Source of the DNA: an uncultured Methanosarcinaceae archaeon | GTDB taxonomy: Archaea; Halobacteriota; Methanosarcinia; Methanosarcinales; Methanosarcinaceae | DNA: 64,000 bases | NCBI GenBank assembly: GCA_963847185.1 | Contig: CAWJYV010000008.1 | Coordinates: 416,001-480,000 of the forward strand | Reading direction: 5' to 3' | Shown: one piece after another, positions 44,870 through 53,630 of the stretch | Position numbering within the stretch: position 1 is the stretch's first letter | How the letters are laid out: every line of letters starts with the position of its first letter | The notes under the pieces: model-generated | What the model saw: the letters and a program-made list of their open reading frames with translations, nothing else | Told to the model about the DNA's origin: nothing | Databases searched by the model: none | Translations under genes and position numbers: made by a program

Positions 44870-45235
44870 TTAACTTTTTTCAAAATGTTTTTCAATGTGC
44901 TTCAGAAGAAGACTCCCGAATTCAGTGAGTTCGTAGATCTGGAAGCTTTTTTCTCTTCGGGAGTCCACCAGGCCTCCTTCCTTTAAAAGCTTAAGGTGAT
45001 AGGAAAGGGCTGAATGCTTCTGATCCGTAGCCTCTACAAGGACACAGACACAGAGACTCTGTACTTCGAGAGCTCTTAGAATTCTCAGACGAGTAGGATC
45101 TGCAAGCACCCTGAAAAGGCCAACGATTTCCTCAACATCTTCATTTATTGCCGTATGAACCGCTTCAAGCACATCTTCCGGCAGGGTGTAAGCATCCCTT
45201 ATTTCAATTATCTTTTTCTCTGACATTTTTTCCAC
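44870..45235 (-). CDS. ArsR family regulator
   Basis: LADPTRLRIL, LCVC, SALSYHLKLL. Confidence 0.9.
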   Translation of the reverse strand: MEKMSEKKIIEIRDAYTLPEDVLEAVHTAINEDVEEIVGLFRVLADPTRLRILRALEVQSLCVCVLVEATDQKHSALSYHLKLLKEGGLVDSRREKSFQIYELTEFGSLLLKHIEKHFEKS

Positions 45236-45328
45236 TTGGAGATTAATCAGGGTAAAGCATACTTTATTGTTTTAATTTCTTGCGTTTAAATAGTGGATTT
45301 CTCTTAGTATATCTTTCGATTAAAGTTT

Positions 45329-47095
45329 TTATCCTTTTAAAGAATCCTTATTTGTACAAAGCACTTCTTTCCACCTGAGCCCGAGTTCCGAGAGCGCAAG
45401 ACCGCCTCCAATCAGAGTAATTGAATTTTTTATAATGTGATCAAGCACGGCAACTGTAAACCCAATTTCCGGTTTGATTCCTCCAAGCCCGAAGACTGCA
45501 GTAAGGGCAACTTCATAGGTTCCTATGGCGCCTGGAGTTATAGGAAAAGTCTTTGCTATATTTCCAATAGCTACGGCCAGGAAAATAAGGGAGATCATGT
45601 AGGTGGAGGATAGGTTCACTCCTGCTGTCGGAAAAGCTTTCAGGACCAGAAAACATGTCAGGATGTCCATTCCCCATATAAGAAGGGAAGATGCTGTAAC
45701 TGTCAGAAAAGAGCTTGGTTTTACAGCAACAATACTCATCTGGTGGAGAAAAACAGATGCAAAGTCCTTTATCCTTTCGGAAAGCCCATTGGAAGAGTTA
45801 TTTTTTTGAAAGTTCTCTTTTCGGTTTCTTTTTTTAGTTTGGCCTTCTCTGAAAGAGACCGCAAAAAGAATTGCAAAAAAGATAACTACCGCTATTCCGG
45901 ACAATTTTATCAGAGAATCCATCCAGGAAGCGAGTTCAAAACGAGAAGCTGCACCTGAAGATGCAAGGATTGCAATAGAAGTAATGGCAACTATATCAAA
46001 AACCCTTTCTACAGTTAGCGAGGAAAGGCTTGTCGTTAACGCAAGATCTTTGCGCTTTTTCAGGATATACATCCTGCTCAGATCCCCTATACGAGCCGGA
46101 AGAATTACATTTGCAGATTGGCTTATAAAAATACTGCCTGTAAGGAATCCGAGCTCGTATTTATTTCCCAGCCTTTTAAGAATTTGCTGAAAACGGATCC
46201 CCCTGAGAGGCCAGGAAACACAGTATACAAGGCAAGCAAGAGACAGAGTTCGAAAGGACGCGTGCTTTACGTTTTCCAGAATGTCAGAGATGCCAAGAAA
46301 GGTTGCAGCAAACGCAAGGATCAAAACTGCGAGAATAGCTGTCAGAAAGATTTTCCCTTTTCCTGAAATAAATCCAGGTAGAAATCCAGGTAGATAGAGC
46401 TCTCTCCAGAGCCGGAAAATCTCTGACCCCATTCCCTCTACATCTTTCACCAGATTTACCTTGCTCGATCCTCCATGCCTCCAGTAAACAGGAAATTCCA
46501 TAACTCTGTAACCCTTATGCTGTGCTCTTACGAGCAGTTCCGTATCCCAGAACCAGTGCTGGTTTTCTATCTCACCTAAAAGTTCAAAAAGAGGCCCTCT
46601 CCTGAAGGCTTTAAAGCCGCACTGGTGATCATAGAGTTTTGAGCGCAGAAAAAGCCTCACAAGAAAATTATATCCTCTGCTTGCAAACTCCCGCTTAAAA
46701 GGTCTTTTTGCATCACTTTCACTCATCATCCTCGAACCAGTGGCAAAGTCGTAGCCATCCGAGATCACAGCCCTGACCAGTTTTTCCAGATATTTCATAT
46801 CTGTTGCAAGATCTACATCAATATAGCAGAGAACTTCTCCTGAGCTTGCCTTAAAAGCCCTGTTAAGGGCTCTTCCCCTTCCCTGCCGTTCATTCGAATG
46901 CAGATAAATCACATAAGTGCACTGCTTAGAGAGCCTTGTAGCTATCCGGTCAGTACCATCCGTACTCCCATCTTCTGCTATAATGATCTCAAATGAATTA
47001 GTTATTTTTGAGAGTGTCTCCGCTGTAGTAAAAACAGCTTTTTCAATATTCGCTGCTTCGTTATAAGCGGGTAGAACCACAGAGACGCTGGTAAT
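45329..47095 (-). CDS. GT2 dolichol-phosphate glycosyltransferase fused to a flippase-like (LPG synthase TM) domain, AglD-like; probable ATT start
   Basis: VSVVLPAYNE, EDGSTDGT, DVD, DHQCGFKAF, WFWDTELL, C-terminal LPARIGD and ITPGAIGTYE. Confidence 0.88.
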   Translation of the reverse strand: MTSVSVVLPAYNEAANIEKAVFTTAETLSKITNSFEIIIAEDGSTDGTDRIATRLSKQCTYVIYLHSNERQGRGRALNRAFKASSGEVLCYIDVDLATDMKYLEKLVRAVISDGYDFATGSRMMSESDAKRPFKREFASRGYNFLVRLFLRSKLYDHQCGFKAFRRGPLFELLGEIENQHWFWDTELLVRAQHKGYRVMEFPVYWRHGGSSKVNLVKDVEGMGSEIFRLWRELYLPGFLPGFISGKGKIFLTAILAVLILAFAATFLGISDILENVKHASFRTLSLACLVYCVSWPLRGIRFQQILKRLGNKYELGFLTGSIFISQSANVILPARIGDLSRMYILKKRKDLALTTSLSSLTVERVFDIVAITSIAILASSGAASRFELASWMDSLIKLSGIAVVIFFAILFAVSFREGQTKKRNRKENFQKNNSSNGLSERIKDFASVFLHQMSIVAVKPSSFLTVTASSLLIWGMDILTCFLVLKAFPTAGVNLSSTYMISLIFLAVAIGNIAKTFPITPGAIGTYEVALTAVFGLGGIKPEIGFTVAVLDHIIKNSITLIGGGLALSELGLRWKEVLCTNKDSLKG

Positions 47096-47199
47096 TGGTA
47101 AAACCTCTTTATTTTGATTTAGTATTGGAGCTAATTTTGCGATTGAATAAATGTATTTCTATACGAATTAGAGTTTTTAATTCCCCCCGAAACAAAAAC

Positions 47200-49362
47200 T
47201 CATAAATCTTTTCTTTTATAAATCTGGACTGAACTCTGGTAGACTAGTTTAAAATATTTTTTGTTTTCGAATTTATCAAGGTTTTCAGGATACATCTGCC
47301 GCTCAAGATTCCCTATATAAACATAGCTTACTTTATATTTATTCATGAGCTCCATAGCTTTTTTTTCACTGCTGGTTGTATAAATAGAACGCACATCTTC
47401 TATCCTTGTTCTTACTTCCGCCTGATCTCTTCCCCAAAACCATTCATGTCTTGTCCAGCCAACAACTGTAGGAAGGCCGGTATTTGCAGAAACTCTTGAT
47501 ATATATGTATAACTGTTGTCCTCTTCAGTAGCTTCAAGAATTACTGGAGTACCCTCAATATTTTCCTGTATCCATTTTATGGCGTTATAATCTCCTCTAT
47601 CCAGTTTTTTCATATATTCCATACCGTCAAGAGCAGGTTCGGCTTTCATATCTTCTATTCTCGTATAAGTTGAAGCTACTGGAAAAACGGCACAGGAAAT
47701 AACCAGTAACATAAGCGAAAATGTCCAGATCTTTTTTCCATAAGCCTCTTTCAAAAACAGATGATTTACATTCCCGTCCTTATTGCGTGAATTCAGGTAA
47801 TAGCATGAATAAGAGGCTGCAATCGCCAGAAAGATCCATAAATGCATATAAAATTTAAAAACCGTATTCATACGGGCAAAATTCCCCTCAATTGGATCGT
47901 CGAGATGAATAATTTCACATAGGAGAGCTATAAAAGTAGCTATAGCTATAAGAAGGGATATAAATCCTGCAGGACTTCTTTCAGGCAGGTCTTTCAGGAA
48001 TGAAAAAAAGGAGAGAACAAGCAGAGGAAAAAGAACTGCAAGCAGGGGAATAGTCCATTCAGAGGAGATTAGCACTGAAATTCCGGCCCAGAGAGCGAAG
48101 TATACTGCTTTTCTTTCGGATTTCAGATGGGTAGTAAGAAAAGAGAAAATCACAAACAGAAAAAGACCGAACAAAATCAGGAATTGTTCAATTGTCGTTC
48201 GACTTCCGGACTCAACAAAAGCAAATCCTCCTGCTGCCTGCGGGTTGAAGGATAGGTAAAAGGGCAGGTATAGAAGAAGACTGAAAATAGAAACCAGAGT
48301 AATCGATCTGGAAAATCCGGCAATGAAACCTGATAACTTATTATCACTGATGTAGTGTCCGTAATAAAAAACAAGGATAATCAAAAATGTCAGGCCTAAA
48401 TATACTGGGAAATCCCAGGAATTGGAAGGGAATAAAAAACCAAGAGATACTGAAAAGATAATTAATCCCGGAAGATTTTCAAATAATCTGTTCTCGCTTT
48501 TCTTTAAATAAATATTCAGAAGGAAAGTAAGCACCAGAAGCTGGAAGGGGATTGCAAGCATGTGAGAATGCAGATCCCCATGTATAAAACTGAAATAAGG
48601 GAATTCATTTATTGTATAGGGAATGACTCTTGAACTGCTCCAGTAGTATCCCATTTGAACAGGTACCCTGAGTATATAGAGGGAAACAAGTTCTTTAAGT
48701 CCCTGAATATTCCCGAGTAGAGCCCCTGATACTGCAGTTATTATTCCATATTTTATTTTTCCGTTTGTAAGGTTGTACCCAATACCGAAAAGGAGACTGA
48801 GGGACAGAGCAAAGGTAAGTGCAACTGCCAGATTAAAGAGTATTGAAGGCTCGACTGAACAGAGTTTTCCTAAAACTCCCACTGAAAGGTATCCAAAATA
48901 GTAATAGAAATCCAGAACACCTCCTGAAAACCAGGGATCTGCCGGCGGGAATGAAGAAGTTCTCATTACCGCGTTCAAAAAAGCAAAATCCATAAATTTT
49001 TCATGTCTGTAAATCTCGGGGAGATATATACGCACAAGCAGGAAAAAGAAGAAGCTTCCGGTAAATACAAGCTCATTCACAAGAAGAATCTTTTTTGTTG
49101 GGAAATTTCTCTGTTTCTTATACAAGCTCACGGATGCAAGGCTAAGAACAATTACCGAAGTCAAGATCGTGCTTCTGCTAAAGTTCCACAGGTACGACAA
49201 AATCCAGGAAATATATGTAACAAGCACTATCCCTAGAGTCCGGGTTGCAGAATACCCCCTGTCAGTCAGTTTGTTTCCAGCTGTCCAGGCGAATGGTATG
49301 GAAACCAGACCCAAAAATTCGATGAGAATGAACCACAAAATTACATGAAGATAATCTGACAC
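47200..49362 (-). CDS. DUF2298 / Chlor_Arch_YYY membrane protein (GT-C-like)
   Basis: EKFMDFAFLNA, PPADPWFSG, FYYYFG, TINEFPYFSF.GDLHSH, NSWDFP, RMNTVFKFY; GTG 49362 chosen as start. Confidence 0.85.
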   Translation of the reverse strand: MSDYLHVILWFILIEFLGLVSIPFAWTAGNKLTDRGYSATRTLGIVLVTYISWILSYLWNFSRSTILTSVIVLSLASVSLYKKQRNFPTKKILLVNELVFTGSFFFFLLVRIYLPEIYRHEKFMDFAFLNAVMRTSSFPPADPWFSGGVLDFYYYFGYLSVGVLGKLCSVEPSILFNLAVALTFALSLSLLFGIGYNLTNGKIKYGIITAVSGALLGNIQGLKELVSLYILRVPVQMGYYWSSSRVIPYTINEFPYFSFIHGDLHSHMLAIPFQLLVLTFLLNIYLKKSENRLFENLPGLIIFSVSLGFLFPSNSWDFPVYLGLTFLIILVFYYGHYISDNKLSGFIAGFSRSITLVSIFSLLLYLPFYLSFNPQAAGGFAFVESGSRTTIEQFLILFGLFLFVIFSFLTTHLKSERKAVYFALWAGISVLISSEWTIPLLAVLFPLLVLSFFSFLKDLPERSPAGFISLLIAIATFIALLCEIIHLDDPIEGNFARMNTVFKFYMHLWIFLAIAASYSCYYLNSRNKDGNVNHLFLKEAYGKKIWTFSLMLLVISCAVFPVASTYTRIEDMKAEPALDGMEYMKKLDRGDYNAIKWIQENIEGTPVILEATEEDNSYTYISRVSANTGLPTVVGWTRHEWFWGRDQAEVRTRIEDVRSIYTTSSEKKAMELMNKYKVSYVYIGNLERQMYPENLDKFENKKYFKLVYQSSVQIYKRKDL

Positions 49363-49738
49363 TGTTCTCTTTCCTGCAAAATGGATTGTCCAATGTGTAC
49401 TCTCTAAAGCCCACTCTCTTAAGGTGAACTCTCTATGCATGTTTCCATATGGAACCCTGCTTCTCCAATCACTCCGAGTAATCATCAGAGTCTTTAGAAT
49501 ATTTTCAAGCCCATTGAAGGCTTTCAATAATCGGCATTCCTGTTACCCCACTTCCCTAATTCTGCCTTTTCCTGATAGAAATACCGATGATAGATATTTT
49601 GTAAATGGGTTTATATTTCTATCGTATTCGAAAGCGTTTTCTTTAGGACGTTTTCTTTTTTTACTGACTTTTGAATCATTATTGCCAAGCCATTAGCCCT
49701 TGTTATCTTAAAATACATCTTTGCAAATACTGGTAGAT

Positions 49739-51169
49739 ATGAAAATGCAGATTAACGGAAAAGCTGTGGATGCATGCAGCGGCGAGTTTTTTGATATTAT
49801 AAATCCGGCAACAGGAGAGATTATTGATCGGGTTCCCAGGGGTGTAGGAGATGATGCGGCAATTGCGGTTGAAGCTGCATCATCAGCTTTTGAAGGCTGG
49901 GCTTCCCTGGCTCCGCAGCAAAGAGCCAGGTTTCTCTACAGGGCTTCAGAGATTGTAAGACAGAGAAAGGATGGACTTGCTGCCCTGCTTACGCAGGAGC
50001 AAGGAAAGCCCTTTTTCGAGGCTAAAAACGAAATAGAGGGTTTTGCAAATGTCCTTGAATATTACTGCGGGATTTCAGGCAGTTTTCGGGGAGATTTCGT
50101 TCAGATTCCGCAGAATGGATATGCATTTACTGTAAAAAAACCTCTTGGAGCCTGTGCAGCCATAATTCCATGGAATATGCCTGCTCTCATAATGGCCTGG
50201 AAGATAGGCCCTGCTCTGATTTCAGGAAATACGCTTGTACTGAAACCGGCAAGCAACACTCCTCTTACAAATCTTACTCTTGCTTCCATCCTGAACGAAG
50301 CAGGCCTTCCGGCAGGTGTGCTCAATGTAGTTACAGGGCCCGGAGAGCTTGTGGGGGAAGCTCTGGTTGATAACTCGAATATCAAAAAAATATCTTTTAC
50401 TGGAGAGTCTGGGACAGGAAAACGCGTAGCTAAGCTTGCAGCAGAAGGCATGAAAAGAGTAACTCTGGAACTGGGAGGAAGTGATCCAATGCTTGTCTGT
50501 GATGACGCAGATCTTGAAAGTGCAGTTGCAGGCGCTCTCAGAGGAAGATTTTACAATTGTGGCCAGGCCTGTACTGCTGTCAAAAGATTATACGTTTTTG
50601 AATCTATTGCCGAAGAATTCATAAAAAAGCTTGAAGCTGCCATCAGGAAATTAAGGGTCGGAAATGGGATGCATGAGAATATCGATATGGGCCCGCTTAA
50701 CAACCGTAGACAATGGGAATACGTAAGAGAACTTGTAGCCGAAGCGGAAGAAAAAGACGAAGGGAGGGTAGTTACCGGAGGCAGAGTTCCTGCAAACAAC
50801 AGCTCCAGCAAAGGATATTTCTTTGAACCCACTCTTGTTGCAGACGTCTCTGGAGAATCCAGACTTTTGAAAGAAGAAGTATTCGGCCCGGTTTTGCCTG
50901 TAATCAGGGTGAAAGATCTTGATGAGGCAATTTCGGAAGCAAATAACAGCATTTATGGGCTTGGGGCATCCATATGGACAAAGAATTTGGACCGGGCTCG
51001 GCTTGGGTGTGAGCAGTTGAATGCAGGGATTATATGGGTAAACCAGCACCTCAAAGTAGCCCCTGAAGTTCCTTTTGGAGGGACAAAAGAGAGCGGATTC
51101 GGAAGAGAAAATGGGCCGGATTCCCTTTCCGAATACCTTGATCTAAAAACAATTATGTTAAAAACCTGA
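49739..51169 (+). CDS. NAD(P)-dependent aldehyde dehydrogenase
   Basis: IIPWN, LKPA, SFTG, LELGG, GQAC, EEVFGP, PFGGTKESG. Confidence 0.95.
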   Translation: MKMQINGKAVDACSGEFFDIINPATGEIIDRVPRGVGDDAAIAVEAASSAFEGWASLAPQQRARFLYRASEIVRQRKDGLAALLTQEQGKPFFEAKNEIEGFANVLEYYCGISGSFRGDFVQIPQNGYAFTVKKPLGACAAIIPWNMPALIMAWKIGPALISGNTLVLKPASNTPLTNLTLASILNEAGLPAGVLNVVTGPGELVGEALVDNSNIKKISFTGESGTGKRVAKLAAEGMKRVTLELGGSDPMLVCDDADLESAVAGALRGRFYNCGQACTAVKRLYVFESIAEEFIKKLEAAIRKLRVGNGMHENIDMGPLNNRRQWEYVRELVAEAEEKDEGRVVTGGRVPANNSSSKGYFFEPTLVADVSGESRLLKEEVFGPVLPVIRVKDLDEAISEANNSIYGLGASIWTKNLDRARLGCEQLNAGIIWVNQHLKVAPEVPFGGTKESGFGRENGPDSLSEYLDLKTIMLKT

Positions 51170-51290
51170 ATATACTGCGTGAAAATAGAATCAATAAATC
51201 CTGAAAGAACAATAAATAAAGGCTTTCGATGAGCGAGTAAAGTACAGCTCATCGAGCTATTTTTCTGTAAAATAGTCGTAAACCAAAAAG

Positions 51291-51560
51291 TTACTTTTTA
51301 TATTTGGGCAGAAGCTGCATGAATTCGGAGGCTTCCATAACGGGCACGCTGTCAATTATACACACATCTGACCATGGCAGGTTAAAAGCTCCGTAAGCTT
51401 CAGCACTTTCCGCTTCATACAGGATATAAAAGCGGTTTCCGGAAAGGTCAATCCATTGATTTATGACATCGATTCCTTCTGGAATCTCCAGCTTCTTAAA
51501 ATGTTCAAGGATCTTATCGCGGTTCGAAGGGTCCCAGGTACTAACGTCCATGAATAACAT
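51291..51560 (-). CDS. Small protein, DUF3303-like
   Basis: MLFMDVSTWDP...PEGIDVINQWIDLSGNR...PVME; AGGAG RBS. Confidence 0.75.
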   Translation of the reverse strand: MLFMDVSTWDPSNRDKILEHFKKLEIPEGIDVINQWIDLSGNRFYILYEAESAEAYGAFNLPWSDVCIIDSVPVMEASEFMQLLPKYKK

Positions 51561-51965
51561 CTTTTACCACTCCTGTTACTTGTACGCTGCCAATACCCCT
51601 TCCCGGAAACCCAGGCAGCTTTTTTACAGCATCCGGGATTTTTGAGAGTTCAGACTCAATGAAAACACGTTTTTTCCGTATGTCACTCCGGTATTTGCGG
51701 ACTGATATGTAAACCCCCAAAAGCCGATTAACGGCAGAAGTCCAGATTTTTAGTTCTCTCTGTCTTCCTCTTATTTATCATTGTCAAAATCCCCATCAAT
51801 AATAAATAGGAAAGACAGGTAATCATGCAGAAAGAAGTTCTGCATATATAAAACAGTATATTATTTTCCCTTTGACTATATAATGGTTCGTCCTAGGAGA
51901 TTTCTTAAGTCAAGGGTCTCTTCTCTACATACAAAAACTTCAATAAATTTTCAGGATCAGTCCTC

Positions 51966-53300
51966 TCAATCAAGCCAGCAGGTTTCACAATCTCCGTCTT
52001 TTTTTATGAAGAAATTTGCGGTTTCGAACCCTGCTTTTATAGAACCATTCATACTTCTTTCAGGATAGTTCGTTGAAGAGAACATCCCTGCAAGGTAAAG
52101 TCCTGACGGGCCAGCTTCAAACGGAAGAACCTTTTCGAGATACCCCTGTTCATAAACGGGTGCAGTATCCATTCTGCGGAATAACTTTGCCCAGTGAATA
52201 TCTTTCCTTGAAAAATCAGGAAACATCTTTTCCAGACCCTGTAGGTATGAATCAAGGACTTCTTCTTCCGTTTGAGTCCAGAGAATATCCTTTTCGTCCT
52301 GAAAGTAAGAAGTTAAATAAATGAGATGTTCCCCGTAGTCCTCAAAAGGCATGAAATTAGTATGCTCAATTACGGCTCCAAATGGCACATCAGCTTTTAT
52401 GTTCAGCCAATAATTTCCGTCCTTCATAAGCTTCTTATCAAGCCCGATAAGGGCGCATGCCGTTCCTTGATAATGGATTTCTTGAAGAATTTCGTGGATG
52501 GTTCCAAGTTTTCCTTTAGTGAGTGTACCCAGTACTCTGGGCTCAACCGTTGAAATCACTGCATCACAGGCTATGAAGTTACCATCAACAATAACTCCCT
52601 GCACCTTATTGTCATCAATTATAATTTCGGTAACCTCCTTACTTTTCAAAATTTTGCCCCCTTTTGCAATTATTTCCCCTGCAATAGCTTCTATTAGAGA
52701 ATTAAACCCGCCTTTCATGTATCCCAATTTTTCTCCATCTGCTCCCCTGTCAGATCTTATTTTTACACGTCCGATAAGCCAGGCCGCAGAAACATTTTCA
52801 GCATTGTTTCCAAATTTGCTTTTCATGAGAGGAGCAAAAAAGTTTTCGTATACCGATTTTCCTGCAGTGTCAAGGATCCAGTCTTTTGCCTTTATTTTGT
52901 CATAAGAAGTTGTATCGTTTATTAGCTTAATTCTGAAAACCATCAGACCAAGTTTAATCAGATCAGTGAAAGAAAGAGGATTAAAGTGCAAAATTTCAAA
53001 AGGAGTATTCATAGGGTAGTTTTTCCCGTCCACAAAATAAGCGTTTCCACCTTTAAGCCAGAGCATCTGATTTTCAAGTCCCAATTCTCTTATCAAGGCA
53101 AGAAGTTCCGAATCGCTCCTGAATATATGATGGTAATATTTTTCTATGAAATATTTTTTCCCGGCATAACTCTGACAATAACTTGCAGCCATCCCTCCGA
53201 TTTCTGCATCTTTCTCAAAAATAACAATTTCATTCGATTTGCAGAGTTTATATCCTGCCGACAGGCCTGCAAGCCCACTTCCTATTATTACAATTTTCAT
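51966..53300 (-). CDS. FAD-dependent oxidoreductase (amine oxidase/HemY-like)
   Basis: IIGSGLAGL, IGGMA, EKYYHH, YPERSMNGSI. Confidence 0.9.
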   Translation of the reverse strand: MKIVIIGSGLAGLSAGYKLCKSNEIVIFEKDAEIGGMAASYCQSYAGKKYFIEKYYHHIFRSDSELLALIRELGLENQMLWLKGGNAYFVDGKNYPMNTPFEILHFNPLSFTDLIKLGLMVFRIKLINDTTSYDKIKAKDWILDTAGKSVYENFFAPLMKSKFGNNAENVSAAWLIGRVKIRSDRGADGEKLGYMKGGFNSLIEAIAGEIIAKGGKILKSKEVTEIIIDDNKVQGVIVDGNFIACDAVISTVEPRVLGTLTKGKLGTIHEILQEIHYQGTACALIGLDKKLMKDGNYWLNIKADVPFGAVIEHTNFMPFEDYGEHLIYLTSYFQDEKDILWTQTEEEVLDSYLQGLEKMFPDFSRKDIHWAKLFRRMDTAPVYEQGYLEKVLPFEAGPSGLYLAGMFSSTNYPERSMNGSIKAGFETANFFIKKDGDCETCWLD

Positions 53301-53341
53301 GTATAATTTTTCCCTTTATTTCTGGTCGAGGTTTTAATTCC

Positions 53342-53400
53342 CTTTATTCTAATTTACTTTACAACTTTATTCTAATTTACTTTACAACTTTATTCTAATT
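53342..53400. repeat. 23-bp tandem repeat, ~2.6 copies
   Basis: CTTTATTCTAATTTACTTTACAA repeated exactly. Confidence 0.9.
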
Positions 53401-53630
53401 CTTCTTTTTGTAAAATCCTTTGATCCTTGAAAGTGACAACTTCCTAACAATATTTTGTACTTTTATATTATTTTCTTAGAATGAGAATTGTATAACTATG
53501 TCTCCCTTTAAAAACACTGCCACTTATCGATATGCCTCACCGCTATATATACTTTTAATTCAATTATATTAAAGAAATGGATAGATGATTTTGAATATTT
53601 ATCCTGATCTGCAGGCATGAGGGGGAAAAA

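Noticed and set aside
49363-49527. 55-aa N-terminal extension of the DUF2298 protein
   Set aside because: Looks like fortuitously open intergenic DNA; the family-like hydrophobic start begins at GTG 49362
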